This document shows, in pieces, positions 63,673 to 64,000 of a stretch of DNA of 64,000 nt (position 1 is the stretch's first letter; the number at the start of each line of letters is the position of its first letter). The notes under the pieces were generated by a model. The model had not been told where the DNA came from. It was given only the letters and a program-made list of their open reading frames with translations, and searched no databases. This stretch comes from Squalus acanthias. Its lineage: Eukaryota. The translations under genes and the position numbers were made by a program. The DNA lies in the NCBI GenBank assembly GCA_030390025.1, contig CM059443.1, positions 26,350,001-26,414,000 of the forward strand, in the 5' to 3' direction.

Positions 63673-64000
63673 AATGGCCCAGATTTTGTGGTCAGCGACG
63701 AAGTGACGGTGCTCACCACTGACCTTGGAGAAAGCTGCCCACAAAGTTTTAGCTGGCTCTGTGGCGTCGATTTCATCTTTTCCGACGTGACTTTCCATCT
63801 GGTGCCATCTATAGGGGATCTCTGGTGTCCAGCAACAGTGATGTCATCAAGCATTGAAAAATTCTCACAGATAGCAAACCAGGAAGTAAAATGCAGGTTT
63901 TATCATTCACTTTTTAATCAATTTACAGAAAGTGAAACAAGGATCAGGCCATACACATGGGATTAAGGTAGAAGCTGAAATATCAAAAAGAAACTTTAAA
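63673..64000. mobile_element. Left part of a TIR element of the 18087-19466 family, running off the window
   Basis: AATGGCCCAGATTTTG end; shares GGGGATCT.TGGTGTC and CAGGAAGTAAAA blocks; has no CR1 insert. Confidence 0.7.

Overview
Vertebrate genomic DNA, most likely a shark or other cartilaginous fish (inferred from the L2, CR1, DeuSINE-like, Penelope-like and Harbinger repeat types). The window holds one complete protein-coding gene, midnolin (MIDN), on the + strand. Seven coding exons with GT-AG boundaries and consistent phases (25235-25446, 25701-25788, 25902-25964, 38567-38953, 40545-40662, 41164-41448, 49172-49434) join to 1416 nt, or 471 aa plus stop. The protein has an N-terminal ubiquitin-like domain, a bipartite Catch domain and a C-terminal basic helix. 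I infer a TATA promoter at about 22.9 kb, a non-coding first exon with three overlapping uORFs, a second CCAAT/CRE/E-box cluster at 24.7-24.9 kb, and a 3' UTR of about 2.9 kb ending near 52.33 kb. The flanks are rich in transposons. They include a nearly complete decayed two-gene PIF/Harbinger transposon (Myb/SANT ORF plus convergent DDE transposase, about 2.1-6.9 kb) that the ORF track misses, several GGCC/GGGG-ended TIR elements, nested LINE insertions, a tandem LINE trimer and an inverted repeat with arms of about 160 bp just upstream of the promoter. The main biological system here, the midnolin-proteasome pathway, is already known. The best candidates for novelty are regulatory features of this locus and the Harbinger/MITE family. 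Repeat boundaries are approximate and family names come from recognition by eye, not database searches.
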